A stretch of DNA of 52,228 nucleotides, taken from a virus. Taxonomy: Duplodnaviria; Caudoviricetes. The position numbers were made by a program, and so were the translations under genes. The stretch lies in the IMG/VR virus record IMGVR_UViG_3300007276_000008, positions 1 to 52,228 of that record; one strand, given 5' to 3'. Shown one piece after another: positions 43,601 through 52,228 of this stretch. Within the stretch, counting starts at the first letter, position 1. Every line of letters starts with the position of its first letter. The notes beneath the pieces were generated by a model that was not told the origin of the DNA, made no database searches, and saw only the letters and a program-made list of their open reading frames with translations.

Positions 43601-44940
43601 TCTATACCAAAATACAAGAGGACAAGCAAAAAATAGCCGAAAAAATAATCAAAGACAGCATTGATGCCGCTAAGGATTTTAAAACATTTGAGGAAACAGA
43701 ATTAAGGCAAGCAAACGAAAAAGAGCTGCAAATTCGTAAAGATGCTTATGTAAAAGCTATTGAAGCTGCTGGCGATAATAAAGAGGCATTAAAAAAAGTA
43801 GAAGACGAATATACTGCTGATATTTTAGAAATAAAATTAAGGCAAGAATTAGCGATATTAGCACAGAAAAAAAAGTTCTTAGAAGCGCAATTAAAATTTG
43901 TTGTAGACCCTAAGAAACGCAAATTGATTGCGCAACAAATTGCAGGTATTGAAATTGCAATGAGCACGCTAAAAACTGATTCGCAAATTAAAGACCTTAA
44001 ACGTTTAAGAAACGCGCAGCAGGAAATAGATGATTTCAAACGCGACTCCTTAGCAGGTGCGTCAACAGTATTAGCCAATACCTTAAATATTGACGCCAAT
44101 AATTTAAACATATTTTTACAAGGTGTTGTAGACGGATTTGATTCAGCCCTTGAGGGAATTTCAGCAGCTGCATTGGTTGCTGGAGATATTGTGAATGCTG
44201 TCTTTGAAGCTAAAATAGCCATGTATGACCAGGATATTGAAAAAAACAAAGCCTATTATGATGCACTTTTAGACAACGAGGAATTAACGGATAAGCAGCG
44301 TACGGCATTAGAGGATAGAAAAGCAGCTAAGGAAGCTATTTTAGAGAAAAAGAAACGCGCAGCACGTAAAAAGCAAGCAGTATATGACAAGCTGTTTGGA
44401 GTGTTACAAGTTGGAATATCCACTGCCGTAGGTATACAAAAAGCTATCGCATCATTTCCATTAACTGCTGGTCAACCTTGGGTTAGTATTATTGCAGCGC
44501 TTGGCGCAATACAAACGGCAGCAATATTATCACAACCAATACCAAACTATGCCACAGGGCGTGATGGTGGTAAGGCTGAATATGCTTATGTTGGTGATGG
44601 TGGCCGTAGTGAGATAATTGAGAAACCAAATAAAGACATCTACGTCACTCCTAATAATCCTACATTAACTTACTTAGGTAAAGGTGACAAAGTTCACACA
44701 AGCCCACAAGCGTACCTTGACAGCGTATCTGATAAAGAATTATACAACAATATCCACAAGCATGTAGCCATAGGAAATTTACAAGGGCAAACGGGTAGGT
44801 ATTTATCAAACAGCACAGGCGCAAACAATAAGGAAATAGTAAAAGCAATTGAAAAAAACAAAGCAAGTGTAAAAGTTATCAATAATAATAATATAGGTGA
44901 GGAATTAAATTTTATCTTTAAACTGAACAGCACGTTATGA
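40633..44940 (+). CDS. Tail tape measure protein
   Basis: 1435 aa, A-rich coiled coil with TP901-type core (DAQRLGSIT..AYARLGF..LSDAGI..STALRNIF..LKSAWQG) and hydrophobic stretches. Confidence 0.92.
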   Translation: MAKNPITVIEESKQELSALNQVLTSTNTLILEISANTRKVGKDFFNVKNPKQANDALAKRASAESKVLTLIREKEKINKRLAAGEAKIAVAMTSSNKQLAQQRFELQELNRRAKQAAVLSSSLSTEYQKQSVRLIQLRTKYKDVALTQGESSKAARVLQREIQKLDLRLKSVDGNVGQFQRSVGNYGKALNGAVGAAKKMAGALGLMGGAFLAIRIGRDAIKVIKDFDKANATLASVLQLSREETRGLADDAQRLGSITVKTAQEVTELQTAYARLGFNQTEIIDLTEATIQGSIALNSELGATAELTGALVNTFDEFGTNDAPQILDILSLATAKSALNFQKLQAGLPIVAGAANAAGVPFTKLVALLGKLSDAGIDVSSSSTALRNIFIEAASQGLNYEQILDKIKSSQDKLTASNDEFGKRAAVSATVLAANIAATNELDVALQNAAGTAQSMADKELDTLDGALQLLKSAWQGFILGADGSTGAAAKLKSGIQFLAANLDRILKVIIFGTKAWVAYKTALLLANVQSRIFALTASQTAAAATAQAAAQTANAAATTAATTAWQRFNLALKANIIGILIGLAIGLYTAIQSLYTSLEDSVKATDEATRAFLDHEHALKASANSTNTLLDRYDELTKKQKENKDGAKLTTAEQKDLDGIIVQLAKDYPKATGEIDKNTGALIINTEQIRNNLAAQAGDINSAQKKAQLLKENTNELNLLEMAQERLNKTEREGEAEKIDNIGFVIREEGKLYKAKFQAQTKSFIATRELSVAEIDAVNAAVDGNRELIATKKDFIRELNGEKTSKQINNELTEIENNLKAESKKLTDEEIDVVAKYNAEIEKQTDILKKLRAPLQEEGGKINPLDEQGIKDATKALNNAKAALKEITGTTKDKDKDKDNSAGKRTIDYQYKIDEESLEQAIAADEEIATAIDNNLKDRLKGLEDFEAKSKELVDLRKTKEKEDVKSSVLSAKAKAKALEYIELKYKVVYTKIQEDKQKIAEKIIKDSIDAAKDFKTFEETELRQANEKELQIRKDAYVKAIEAAGDNKEALKKVEDEYTADILEIKLRQELAILAQKKKFLEAQLKFVVDPKKRKLIAQQIAGIEIAMSTLKTDSQIKDLKRLRNAQQEIDDFKRDSLAGASTVLANTLNIDANNLNIFLQGVVDGFDSALEGISAAALVAGDIVNAVFEAKIAMYDQDIEKNKAYYDALLDNEELTDKQRTALEDRKAAKEAILEKKKRAARKKQAVYDKLFGVLQVGISTAVGIQKAIASFPLTAGQPWVSIIAALGAIQTAAILSQPIPNYATGRDGGKAEYAYVGDGGRSEIIEKPNKDIYVTPNNPTLTYLGKGDKVHTSPQAYLDSVSDKELYNNIHKHVAIGNLQGQTGRYLSNSTGANNKEIVKAIEKNKASVKVINNNNIGEELNFIFKLNSTL

Positions 44941-47111
44941 GCCACCAAGTAGTCAAATTCAAATTAATAAACCACGACTCAGGTGCTATTTCTGGCAGCG
45001 GCTCAGACCCGTTTTTACCTACTGACCCTAAGGGTTATGAAAACAGTCAAAAAACGCTTAAAAGGAGTACCTCTAATTTTGGTGTATGGACTGAATTATC
45101 AAAGGATTTATTTTTTACAAAAGAAGGTGCGGACTTTTTAATTGATGCGTATACTGCAAAGTATATCCAAGCAAATGTCACACTTGAAGAATGGAGGCAG
45201 TTACCACACGAGGACGGCTTTTATTTATACAGCTCAGGCACATTTGATTTTAGTGAAATAGACATACAAAAATTAGGAGTAAAAATACCATTTAAAACCG
45301 GTGGACTACATACAATAATTGAATCACAATTGACACAGGATTTTGAATTGCAGCGCTTAACAAGTTTAAAAGGCGAGGTTTTGCCACCGTTGGAATTAAA
45401 AGACATACAACTAACAAGCCGGGCAATATTTTTATTAAGCCAATGGACTATTGAGGAGGGCAGTTTTTTAGGTATTGACCCACCAGGTGAGGGTTATTTT
45501 GGCTATGCCGGGCAATGGCGTACTCCAATGCTTAACATATTATCCAACAGTGATGCCGCCAACGTGGCGCCCGTATTGCAGGAATTTATACCATGGACAC
45601 TTTCAGGAAGTTTTGTACCTGAAGATTTAGCACCTGAGCCAATACATTTTTTTTATTTCCAAGTTGATTTAGCAAAAACAGTTAGGGTCTTAAATACAGC
45701 AACCTTAGAGGTTTTTGGTAGAAATGGCCAAAGCGTCAGTCTGTATATAATGCATACCGCGTTGGACTATTCGGTTACGGAGTTTAGGGAAATTTTTAGC
45801 TATCCATATAGTGCAGGAGATAGCATAAGGCAATATCCTATAAATGTTGATGAGGAGTTTGATTTAATTGAGGGAGATAGCTTGATGTGGGTTTATAACA
45901 TTGTAGCCAATGCTAGCGCCGGAGGCCAAGTTCAATGGGCCAGGTTTAGTGATTATGAAATGTCATTAACAGAAGACAGTGTAGTGGACGACACTACCAC
46001 AAAAGGGCTTTTAATACATGAGGCTGGTGAACGTTTAATGGAAATACTAACGGGTGAAACGGGCAGGTATTATAGTGAATTTTATGGTCGCACGGATATT
46101 GGATATGATGCTGATGGTGAATTTAGTTACACTGGATTAACTTATGGCTTTTGGATTAGACAATTTTTTGAAAAGCAAATAACGCTTAATTGCAAGGAAT
46201 TATTTGAAACTACCAATGCACTGCATGCAACAGGTTGGACAATTGATACAATAGACGGAGTTGAAGTTTTAGTCCACGAGGATTTAAAATATTTTTTCCA
46301 ACAGCGCACTTTAATTAAGATACCTGGACAAGTAAGTAAGTATATGAAAAAGCCTGCTAAGGAATTTGTATATCCAAATGCTGAATGGGGGTACGACAAG
46401 GGTGGAGAGGACTATGATGAGGCGCATGGATTAGATGAATACAATGGTAAAATAAACCACACGCATCCATTTGATAGGGTGCAAAAAGGATTAAAAGTAA
46501 CAAGTCCTTCAAGGGGAGATAAATATGGTGCTGAATTTGCTAGACGCAGGCCAAAGGAAACTTATCCACGCGAGGATACGTCATATGATAGTGACAAATG
46601 GGTATTGGATTTAAAAGAGGGATTAGGTACTTTTTTACAGGAACGCACCTGGGAGGATGATTACGAGGAAGCGCCGGTAAATGTATACAGCCCTGAAACT
46701 GCTACTAATTTAAGGATAACACCTTTTAGGAATAGTGAGCGACATGAATGGTGGTATAGTGGTAGTATGAAAGCGTTTCAAGACGAGGTTATACGCTTTT
46801 CAAGTAACATAGGAAACAGCAGTTTAGGAACAAAAAAAGTTGGTGAAGTTATACGTTATGAGGACGGCAACAAAAACATAAACGAGCTTGAAAAACCACG
46901 CGTGCAATTTGAGTGGATAACATTTTCTTATCCCTTAAATTACGAACTATTAAACCAAGTATATGGCAGGACTAACATTGACGGCAGGAGTGTACCAAAT
47001 TACTTTGGATTAGTGGAATACTACAATGACAAAAACCAAAAAGAATACGGATATTTATTTCAATTAGAGCCTTCAAAAGAGGGTAAATGGAAACTATTAA
47101 AAGCATCATAA
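44937..47111 (+). CDS. Putative tail tip/baseplate hub protein
   Basis: 724 aa directly after the tape measure gene. Confidence 0.55.
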   Translation: MSHQVVKFKLINHDSGAISGSGSDPFLPTDPKGYENSQKTLKRSTSNFGVWTELSKDLFFTKEGADFLIDAYTAKYIQANVTLEEWRQLPHEDGFYLYSSGTFDFSEIDIQKLGVKIPFKTGGLHTIIESQLTQDFELQRLTSLKGEVLPPLELKDIQLTSRAIFLLSQWTIEEGSFLGIDPPGEGYFGYAGQWRTPMLNILSNSDAANVAPVLQEFIPWTLSGSFVPEDLAPEPIHFFYFQVDLAKTVRVLNTATLEVFGRNGQSVSLYIMHTALDYSVTEFREIFSYPYSAGDSIRQYPINVDEEFDLIEGDSLMWVYNIVANASAGGQVQWARFSDYEMSLTEDSVVDDTTTKGLLIHEAGERLMEILTGETGRYYSEFYGRTDIGYDADGEFSYTGLTYGFWIRQFFEKQITLNCKELFETTNALHATGWTIDTIDGVEVLVHEDLKYFFQQRTLIKIPGQVSKYMKKPAKEFVYPNAEWGYDKGGEDYDEAHGLDEYNGKINHTHPFDRVQKGLKVTSPSRGDKYGAEFARRRPKETYPREDTSYDSDKWVLDLKEGLGTFLQERTWEDDYEEAPVNVYSPETATNLRITPFRNSERHEWWYSGSMKAFQDEVIRFSSNIGNSSLGTKKVGEVIRYEDGNKNINELEKPRVQFEWITFSYPLNYELLNQVYGRTNIDGRSVPNYFGLVEYYNDKNQKEYGYLFQLEPSKEGKWKLLKAS

Positions 47112-47112
47112 T

Positions 47113-49152
47113 ATGGCAAGCACATTATATTTCACGGTCAACAGTTTACCCGCATTAGACGAGGAGTTTTATGTTGATGTTACAATAGACGCGTCAACTA
47201 TACAAACCCTGAGAGAAACTTTCAAATTAACTAGACGCCTAATAGGACAAAGCGCAATAGGTACTTCCGTAGCTGAATGCACAAATAACCTTTATACAGC
47301 AATAATGGCTGATTATAATAGTTATGGATTATATACAATCACTTATAATTTTGTAGCAGGCACAATAACAGTAACAGCCAATAATCCAAGTGTGGAATTT
47401 GCTGTAACAAGCAACACCACGGGAGGCGCAGTAACAGTATCTGTCACAAATGATGCAACGGATGCGATATCCGTAACAAGCGTTACAGGCGCTGAAGCTT
47501 TTTCAGACCCTTGTGATAACGTATTGCTAACAGTTACAACAAACGTCCAAGCGGATAATATTACATCGCCAATATCCTCTCCTATATTTGCTAACCCTTT
47601 TGACATAACAGTTGCAAGGAGTCCAACTAACATGTATTTGGTAGCAAACTTAGGCAGCACAACGGCAACTTATCCATTCCGATGCCCGCCTTTAGTTGCA
47701 TCTTATTTTGATATTGACATAACAAATAATCCAACAGGTGCAGGTGTCAGCGTGCAATCATTAAGCATTATGAGCGCAGGTGCTGGACCACTATTATTAA
47801 CTTTAGAATACAGCTTGGACAACGTGCTTTGGCAAACGGGAAACAGTTGGAGTGGTTTAGCTGCTGATGACTATACTGTTTATATTAGGGACGGACTTGG
47901 CTGCCAAATATCAATTGATTTTACGGTAGAGGCTTTTAATCCTAACTATATTGACTATGACCCTATTGCTGATATTAGCAAAATTAATCCTTTTGCCTTT
48001 AAAAAAGCTGAAACCATTAGTGACTGCGGCACGCAATTAAACCCGCTTAACACTTTATCATATGAAGAGAATACGCTGCTAAACAACAAAACGTTCAAAC
48101 AAATTTTTCAAACGTGTGACAATATTAGCACGCAATTAAAAACCAATTATGATACCGTAACTGCAAACCTAATTGACTGCGACGCAACCGAAACGCCAAT
48201 TACTGTAATTAAAAAGACGGATAACATGGGTAAGACAGACGTTCGTGACTGTAAAATATATTTGAGTGCTGGTAGTAGTGTTTGGATTTACTTTACAGTA
48301 GGCAACACGTATGACCCTGATACACTAATTGCAAATGGCAGTTATGATACCGGTGGTAATTTACCAACTTTTATAAATGAGGGAGATGCTGTCAGTTTAG
48401 AGGGCTTTGGTTGGGTAACAATTTTAGAAGTATTTCCAAGCACACCTGGTTTAACCTCAACAGCACGCGCAAAAACGTCACTAGAGGATATTGACGGTAT
48501 TTACACGAATGGTCAAACAATAAAATTAACAAGTGTCTACAATGTAGTAAATTATGAACGTTATGAATTTGATTTAGATATGAGCGCACTGCTTGGAGAT
48601 TATTACATTCAAGTGGATTTAACGCATGTAGAATTTGCTGCATGTACCTTAGTAAGTGAATGGTTTAATGTAAAAGCGCAGCAGCCAAAACACCATTTAA
48701 TTGAATATTATAATAGTGAAAATAATGAGATTAATTTTGGTACAGGAATAACGTTTAAATTAAGGATACCTTATATTAAGCAAATGACGTTTCAACCTGC
48801 AACGGAAAAGGATACTTATATTACTGATACGCAAACGGTAAGCCTGGAAAGTAGAGGGCGTGAACAATATGCAATAACCTTTTTTCCAATGCCTACAATA
48901 ATGGCTAGGAAAATTGCAGCGGTAATGGAGCAGGATAAGTTAATGATAGGAGGTTTATTATATGTCACGGAAGAGGAAACAAGCATAAACCGTTTAGGAA
49001 GCACAAATTTATACAGCGTTGAAGCCGTAATAATACGTTCGGATTATGTGTTTGAAACGCAAACAGGAACGTCACTTGATGAAATATTAGCAATTGAAAG
49101 CGCATTCCTGGAATTAGATGAAAATTCAAGTGGATTATTAAAAATAGATTAA
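47113..49152 (+). CDS. Putative tail protein
   Basis: T-rich beta domains, including an SprB-like YTVYIRDGLGC segment; position. Confidence 0.55.
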   Translation: MASTLYFTVNSLPALDEEFYVDVTIDASTIQTLRETFKLTRRLIGQSAIGTSVAECTNNLYTAIMADYNSYGLYTITYNFVAGTITVTANNPSVEFAVTSNTTGGAVTVSVTNDATDAISVTSVTGAEAFSDPCDNVLLTVTTNVQADNITSPISSPIFANPFDITVARSPTNMYLVANLGSTTATYPFRCPPLVASYFDIDITNNPTGAGVSVQSLSIMSAGAGPLLLTLEYSLDNVLWQTGNSWSGLAADDYTVYIRDGLGCQISIDFTVEAFNPNYIDYDPIADISKINPFAFKKAETISDCGTQLNPLNTLSYEENTLLNNKTFKQIFQTCDNISTQLKTNYDTVTANLIDCDATETPITVIKKTDNMGKTDVRDCKIYLSAGSSVWIYFTVGNTYDPDTLIANGSYDTGGNLPTFINEGDAVSLEGFGWVTILEVFPSTPGLTSTARAKTSLEDIDGIYTNGQTIKLTSVYNVVNYERYEFDLDMSALLGDYYIQVDLTHVEFAACTLVSEWFNVKAQQPKHHLIEYYNSENNEINFGTGITFKLRIPYIKQMTFQPATEKDTYITDTQTVSLESRGREQYAITFFPMPTIMARKIAAVMEQDKLMIGGLLYVTEEETSINRLGSTNLYSVEAVIIRSDYVFETQTGTSLDEILAIESAFLELDENSSGLLKID

Positions 49153-49171
49153 AATTCAATACCTTTAAGAA

Positions 49172-50038
49172 ATGGGATTATTAGATGAAGTTTACAGTAT
49201 ATTAGCCAACTCCAAAAAAGGAAGTGAAGTGCCAACAGCTACATCGGTGTCTGGCAGTGATTGGATATTGTTTTGGAATACAAGTACAAACCAATTGGAA
49301 AAAATATTAAACAGCAACTATTCAGCCTCAATTAGTGTATGGGCGCCTATTACTTTTGGCACTGTAACAAGCGCAGGCACAACCACTACGGAAACAGAAA
49401 TAGCCAACTATATCAACGCTGTTGGTTTTACAGTTAATGACAATGAAATACCATTATTAAAACTAAATGTATATATCAACTTACAAGTGCAAAAGCGCAT
49501 TTATGTATTAAAATCCAACGCGCCAGGTGACTACGGTACAGCGGCAGCAAACGAAATAGCCTACACTGACATTGAAATTATAACTGAAAGCGCTTTTAAT
49601 ACGTTCTCAGATACCTCAGAAACAATTGATTTAGGAGATATTGGCTCAGATACTATTGAGGACCATTTGAACGCCTTAGTGGGCACCACACATGTTTTGT
49701 TAGATGACAAAATTTATATGTTTACATGTGTAAAGGACAGCCAAGCTGAAAGTTATTTATACGTAGGCCCTTTACCAAACACCCTAGGTGATGGAGGCAG
49801 CACTGCTACCGCCAGCATGTTTTATTTATTTGTAACACCTGGTTGGATATGGATAGCAGATTCCTGGGTACAAAAAGGAACAGGAAATAATAATACTACA
49901 ATATTAGAGGCTGATGATATTGTATTTTATAAGCCGGTAACATATAATGCAAACAAACTATCCTTAGTAGGTTGGAAATATGTTTCAGGAAACACAGGTT
50001 TACAAAGCAGCTATACTAAATTCTTAAATATCGCATAA
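49172..50038 (+). CDS. Putative tail-associated protein
   Basis: S/T-rich; tail region. Confidence 0.45.
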   Translation: MGLLDEVYSILANSKKGSEVPTATSVSGSDWILFWNTSTNQLEKILNSNYSASISVWAPITFGTVTSAGTTTTETEIANYINAVGFTVNDNEIPLLKLNVYINLQVQKRIYVLKSNAPGDYGTAAANEIAYTDIEIITESAFNTFSDTSETIDLGDIGSDTIEDHLNALVGTTHVLLDDKIYMFTCVKDSQAESYLYVGPLPNTLGDGGSTATASMFYLFVTPGWIWIADSWVQKGTGNNNTTILEADDIVFYKPVTYNANKLSLVGWKYVSGNTGLQSSYTKFLNIA

Positions 50039-51340
50039 ATGAAAAAACTAATTTTATTTGCTGCAATACTTTTTTGCAGTGTATTACAAGCGCAGGACTG
50101 GCACTTTAACGGTGTTATTATACCTGGACAAACAACAGACCCAACAGGCATAAATGCCGGGCAAATAACGTGGGATACGGACGACTTTAAGTTTAGGTAT
50201 TACAACGGTACAACGTGGGAGGATTTAACAAGTGAAACCTCATCTGAATGGTATGAATATACAGACACAAGGGCAGCGGATTTAGTTGTAAAAATAGGCG
50301 ATTATGACAGCTCTAGCAACGGTTTTCATACAATAACATCAGTAGAGGAACAGCTTTTCCAAGTAGTCAGTGATGCTTATGTAGGTGGTGCATTTACCGC
50401 AACTCCAATTTCCATGTCTATTTATGATGAAACAGGCGCAGGACCAGGAGGATTTACAGCAAGTTTTTCAAGTCAAAACACGGATATTACAGGAAATAGG
50501 GTTTATGATATTCCTGATGCAAGTGGCGTTTTAGCGCTTGAAGCTGATGCCTCAGGATTTACAGGAAATTTAACTACTTCGGATAATACTTTGCAGGAAA
50601 TTGCTGACGCTGTTGATGGGTTAGTTGTTGGAGGTGATGTGTCAGTAAACGGCACGCCCGTAGGAGGACAATTAGCAGTTTGGTGGACAGGTACACCTGC
50701 TACAATACGAGGAGATGGCGCTTTATGGTACACTGATGCGGCTGTCAAAGTATTAAGCGCAGGATTAGATGATACTGACCCGGGCAGTTTTAGAGGTTGG
50801 GGAGGTTCAGCAAGTGCAGGTGGTAGTGTTTTTTTGTATAGCGGTGCAACGGGCGACACTTTTACGGAGTATTACAAAATTGAAAACACGCAAGGAAATT
50901 TCAGCATAACGGATGAAACCGTTGATGTTTTAGAATACAATACACAGGACAATGATTGGATGATGTCTGACTACGGTGGAGGTACGGTTACAGCGGGTTA
51001 TCCCACATATAATTTGCAAGTAAACAGCCAAGGAGTAATAGTTGAAACGGGCGCAGTTTTAAATGATGTTAGCACATCACGCGCAATTATAAGCACTGAC
51101 TCTGAAAACATTATTACATTAAACAACGCGGGCGCAGTTGCAGTTACAATACCGTCAAATGCCGCAGTTGATTTTCCAATTGGAACTAAAATAACATTGA
51201 TAAATATAGGTGCAGGAACAGTGACAGTAGGTATAACTGACGACACATTAAGCAACAACGTTGGAGGCTTAACTTTAGCGCAGTATGACAAACGAACCCT
51301 AACAAAAATAACAGCGACCAACTGGATATTAGGATATTAA
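50039..51340 (+). CDS. Tail-fibre-like protein with N-terminal Sec signal peptide
   Basis: MKKLILFAAILFCSVLQA/Q; GQITWDTDDFKFRYYNGTTW; C-terminal VTIP..FPIGTKITLINIGAGTVTV..TNWILGY, a fibre-tip-like domain. Confidence 0.6.
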   Translation: MKKLILFAAILFCSVLQAQDWHFNGVIIPGQTTDPTGINAGQITWDTDDFKFRYYNGTTWEDLTSETSSEWYEYTDTRAADLVVKIGDYDSSSNGFHTITSVEEQLFQVVSDAYVGGAFTATPISMSIYDETGAGPGGFTASFSSQNTDITGNRVYDIPDASGVLALEADASGFTGNLTTSDNTLQEIADAVDGLVVGGDVSVNGTPVGGQLAVWWTGTPATIRGDGALWYTDAAVKVLSAGLDDTDPGSFRGWGGSASAGGSVFLYSGATGDTFTEYYKIENTQGNFSITDETVDVLEYNTQDNDWMMSDYGGGTVTAGYPTYNLQVNSQGVIVETGAVLNDVSTSRAIISTDSENIITLNNAGAVAVTIPSNAAVDFPIGTKITLINIGAGTVTVGITDDTLSNNVGGLTLAQYDKRTLTKITATNWILGY

Positions 51341-51393
51341 GTGCTTTTTAGATTTTTGATTTTGAGGGATTTCAAAAACCATAAAATAACATA

Positions 51394-51858
51394 ATGACAC
51401 CAAAGGAACAACAAGAATTTGCAGCAATTTTAGTTAAAGAAATGCAAGCATCAGCACCACCGGTAAAAACTGCCGAAAGTTTATTTTTAAACAATAAAAA
51501 CCTGCTGGATTTACTTTTTAAAGGCTTGCTAGGCTTATTAGTATGGATGGGCTCAGGTATGAAAACGGATTTAGAAAAAGTTATGACTGACGTAAACCAA
51601 ATAAAGGTTGAACGCAAATATGACCAAACTGAAGTTGCAGTATTTAAGGAAGCGCTAAAGGAGCCTAGGTACACGAGGGAGGACCATTTATTGGAAACCA
51701 AACCTTTAGTAAACAGCGTGGCCAGGAATACTGCTGAATTGCAAACAAGAAACCCGATTATAACTGATAATACCAATGCCATAATAGCATTAAAGTATGA
51801 CACGTCAAAAAACGCGGAAAACATTTCTGAAATATTAAAAATATTAAAAGCGAGATAA
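51394..51858 (+). CDS. Membrane-anchored coiled-coil protein
   Basis: Single hydrophobic segment LLFKGLLGLLVWMG followed by a coiled coil. Confidence 0.6.
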   Translation: MTPKEQQEFAAILVKEMQASAPPVKTAESLFLNNKNLLDLLFKGLLGLLVWMGSGMKTDLEKVMTDVNQIKVERKYDQTEVAVFKEALKEPRYTREDHLLETKPLVNSVARNTAELQTRNPIITDNTNAIIALKYDTSKNAENISEILKILKAR

Positions 51859-51860
51859 GT

Positions 51861-52004
51861 ATGAAAAGCGAGGGTTTAGGCGATACCGTAGAAAAGATAT
51901 TAAAACCAATTGTAAAGTTCACGTCGCGTTACAGTGCTGGTCCATGCGCCTTATGCGAGGAAAGGAAACAAAGTTTAAATAAAAAATTCCCGTATAAAAA
52001 ATGA
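51861..52004 (+). CDS. Small phage protein, 47 aa (not in ORF track)
   Basis: MKSEGLGDTVEKI..CALCEERKQSLNKKFPY; the GLGDT..CxxC..R..LN pattern is familiar from phage hypotheticals. Confidence 0.7.
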   Translation: MKSEGLGDTVEKILKPIVKFTSRYSAGPCALCEERKQSLNKKFPYKK

Positions 52005-52228
52005 ACGACAACAAACAACTAACAACAGCAAAACCATTGGAAACGCAGGAAGGTTTATTTATAATGAAATGGCGCAGTTTTGTTCCTATGATTATAGGCA
52101 TTATATTAAGCACAAATACCGTATCCATATTTTATCAAAAGCAACAGCGGCATGACGAGGAGTTATTGCACCAAGCAGCATTAATTGAATATAATAAGGA
52201 ACGCGCTGATAGGATAGCTGAACGCAAA
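52001..52228 (+). CDS. Membrane protein, ~100 aa, continuing across the junction to a stop at 196-198
   Basis: Open frame from ATG 52001 through the terminal repeat into 124-198; one TM segment. Confidence 0.7.
   Translation, partial: MNDNKQLTTAKPLETQEGLFIMKWRSFVPMIIGIILSTNTVSIFYQKQQRHDEELLHQAALIEYNKERADRIAERK
52106..52228. repeat. Terminal direct repeat, right copy
   Basis: Identical to 1-123. Confidence 0.95.

Noticed and set aside
50039-51340. Diversity-generating retroelement or invertible tail-fibre system
   Set aside because: No reverse transcriptase or invertase, and no template/variable repeat pair was noticed.
195-52128. The many minus-strand ORFs in the track (e.g. 1917-2345, 22167-22607, 40617-41156, 43746-44249, 51372-51824)
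   Set aside because: They are antisense shadows of well-supported + strand genes and have no recognisable motifs or start contexts.

Overview
The window looks like a complete, circularly assembled phage genome of about 52.1 kb: bases 1-123 repeat exactly at 52106-52228, and one ORF reads through the junction. It is an AT-rich, long-tailed dsDNA phage, most likely of a Bacteroidota/Flavobacteriia host (inferred from TTTG..TAnnTTT(A/G) promoters, A-rich starts without Shine-Dalgarno sequences and Q-rule signal peptides). Essentially all credible genes are on the + strand. No integrase, DNA polymerase, primase or helicase was recognised. Modules: tail and lysis (1-5.2 kb), small-gene cassettes behind a repeated promoter, terminase large subunit (8.1-9.6 kb), a 7-deazaguanine DNA-modification locus (10.4-16.7 kb), recombination and replication (16.8-21.5 kb), terminase small subunit, a ~0.9 kb structured non-coding transcription unit (24.05-24.97 kb), more small genes, and the head-tail operon (31.1-52 kb). 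The modification locus contains folE, a dpdL-like gene, a radical SAM/SPASM enzyme, a GT-B glycosyltransferase, dpdA, a ParB-like gene, queD and queE, but no queC. The best candidates for undescribed biology are: (1) a possible glycosylated or radical-SAM-tailored 7-deazaguanine hypermodification, (2) the ncRNA array, which contains a duplicated motif with a compensatory base change, and (3) candidate antisense RNAs complementary to the ACATCA motif at the starts of the cassette genes. All product calls come from reading motifs by eye; no database searches were run.
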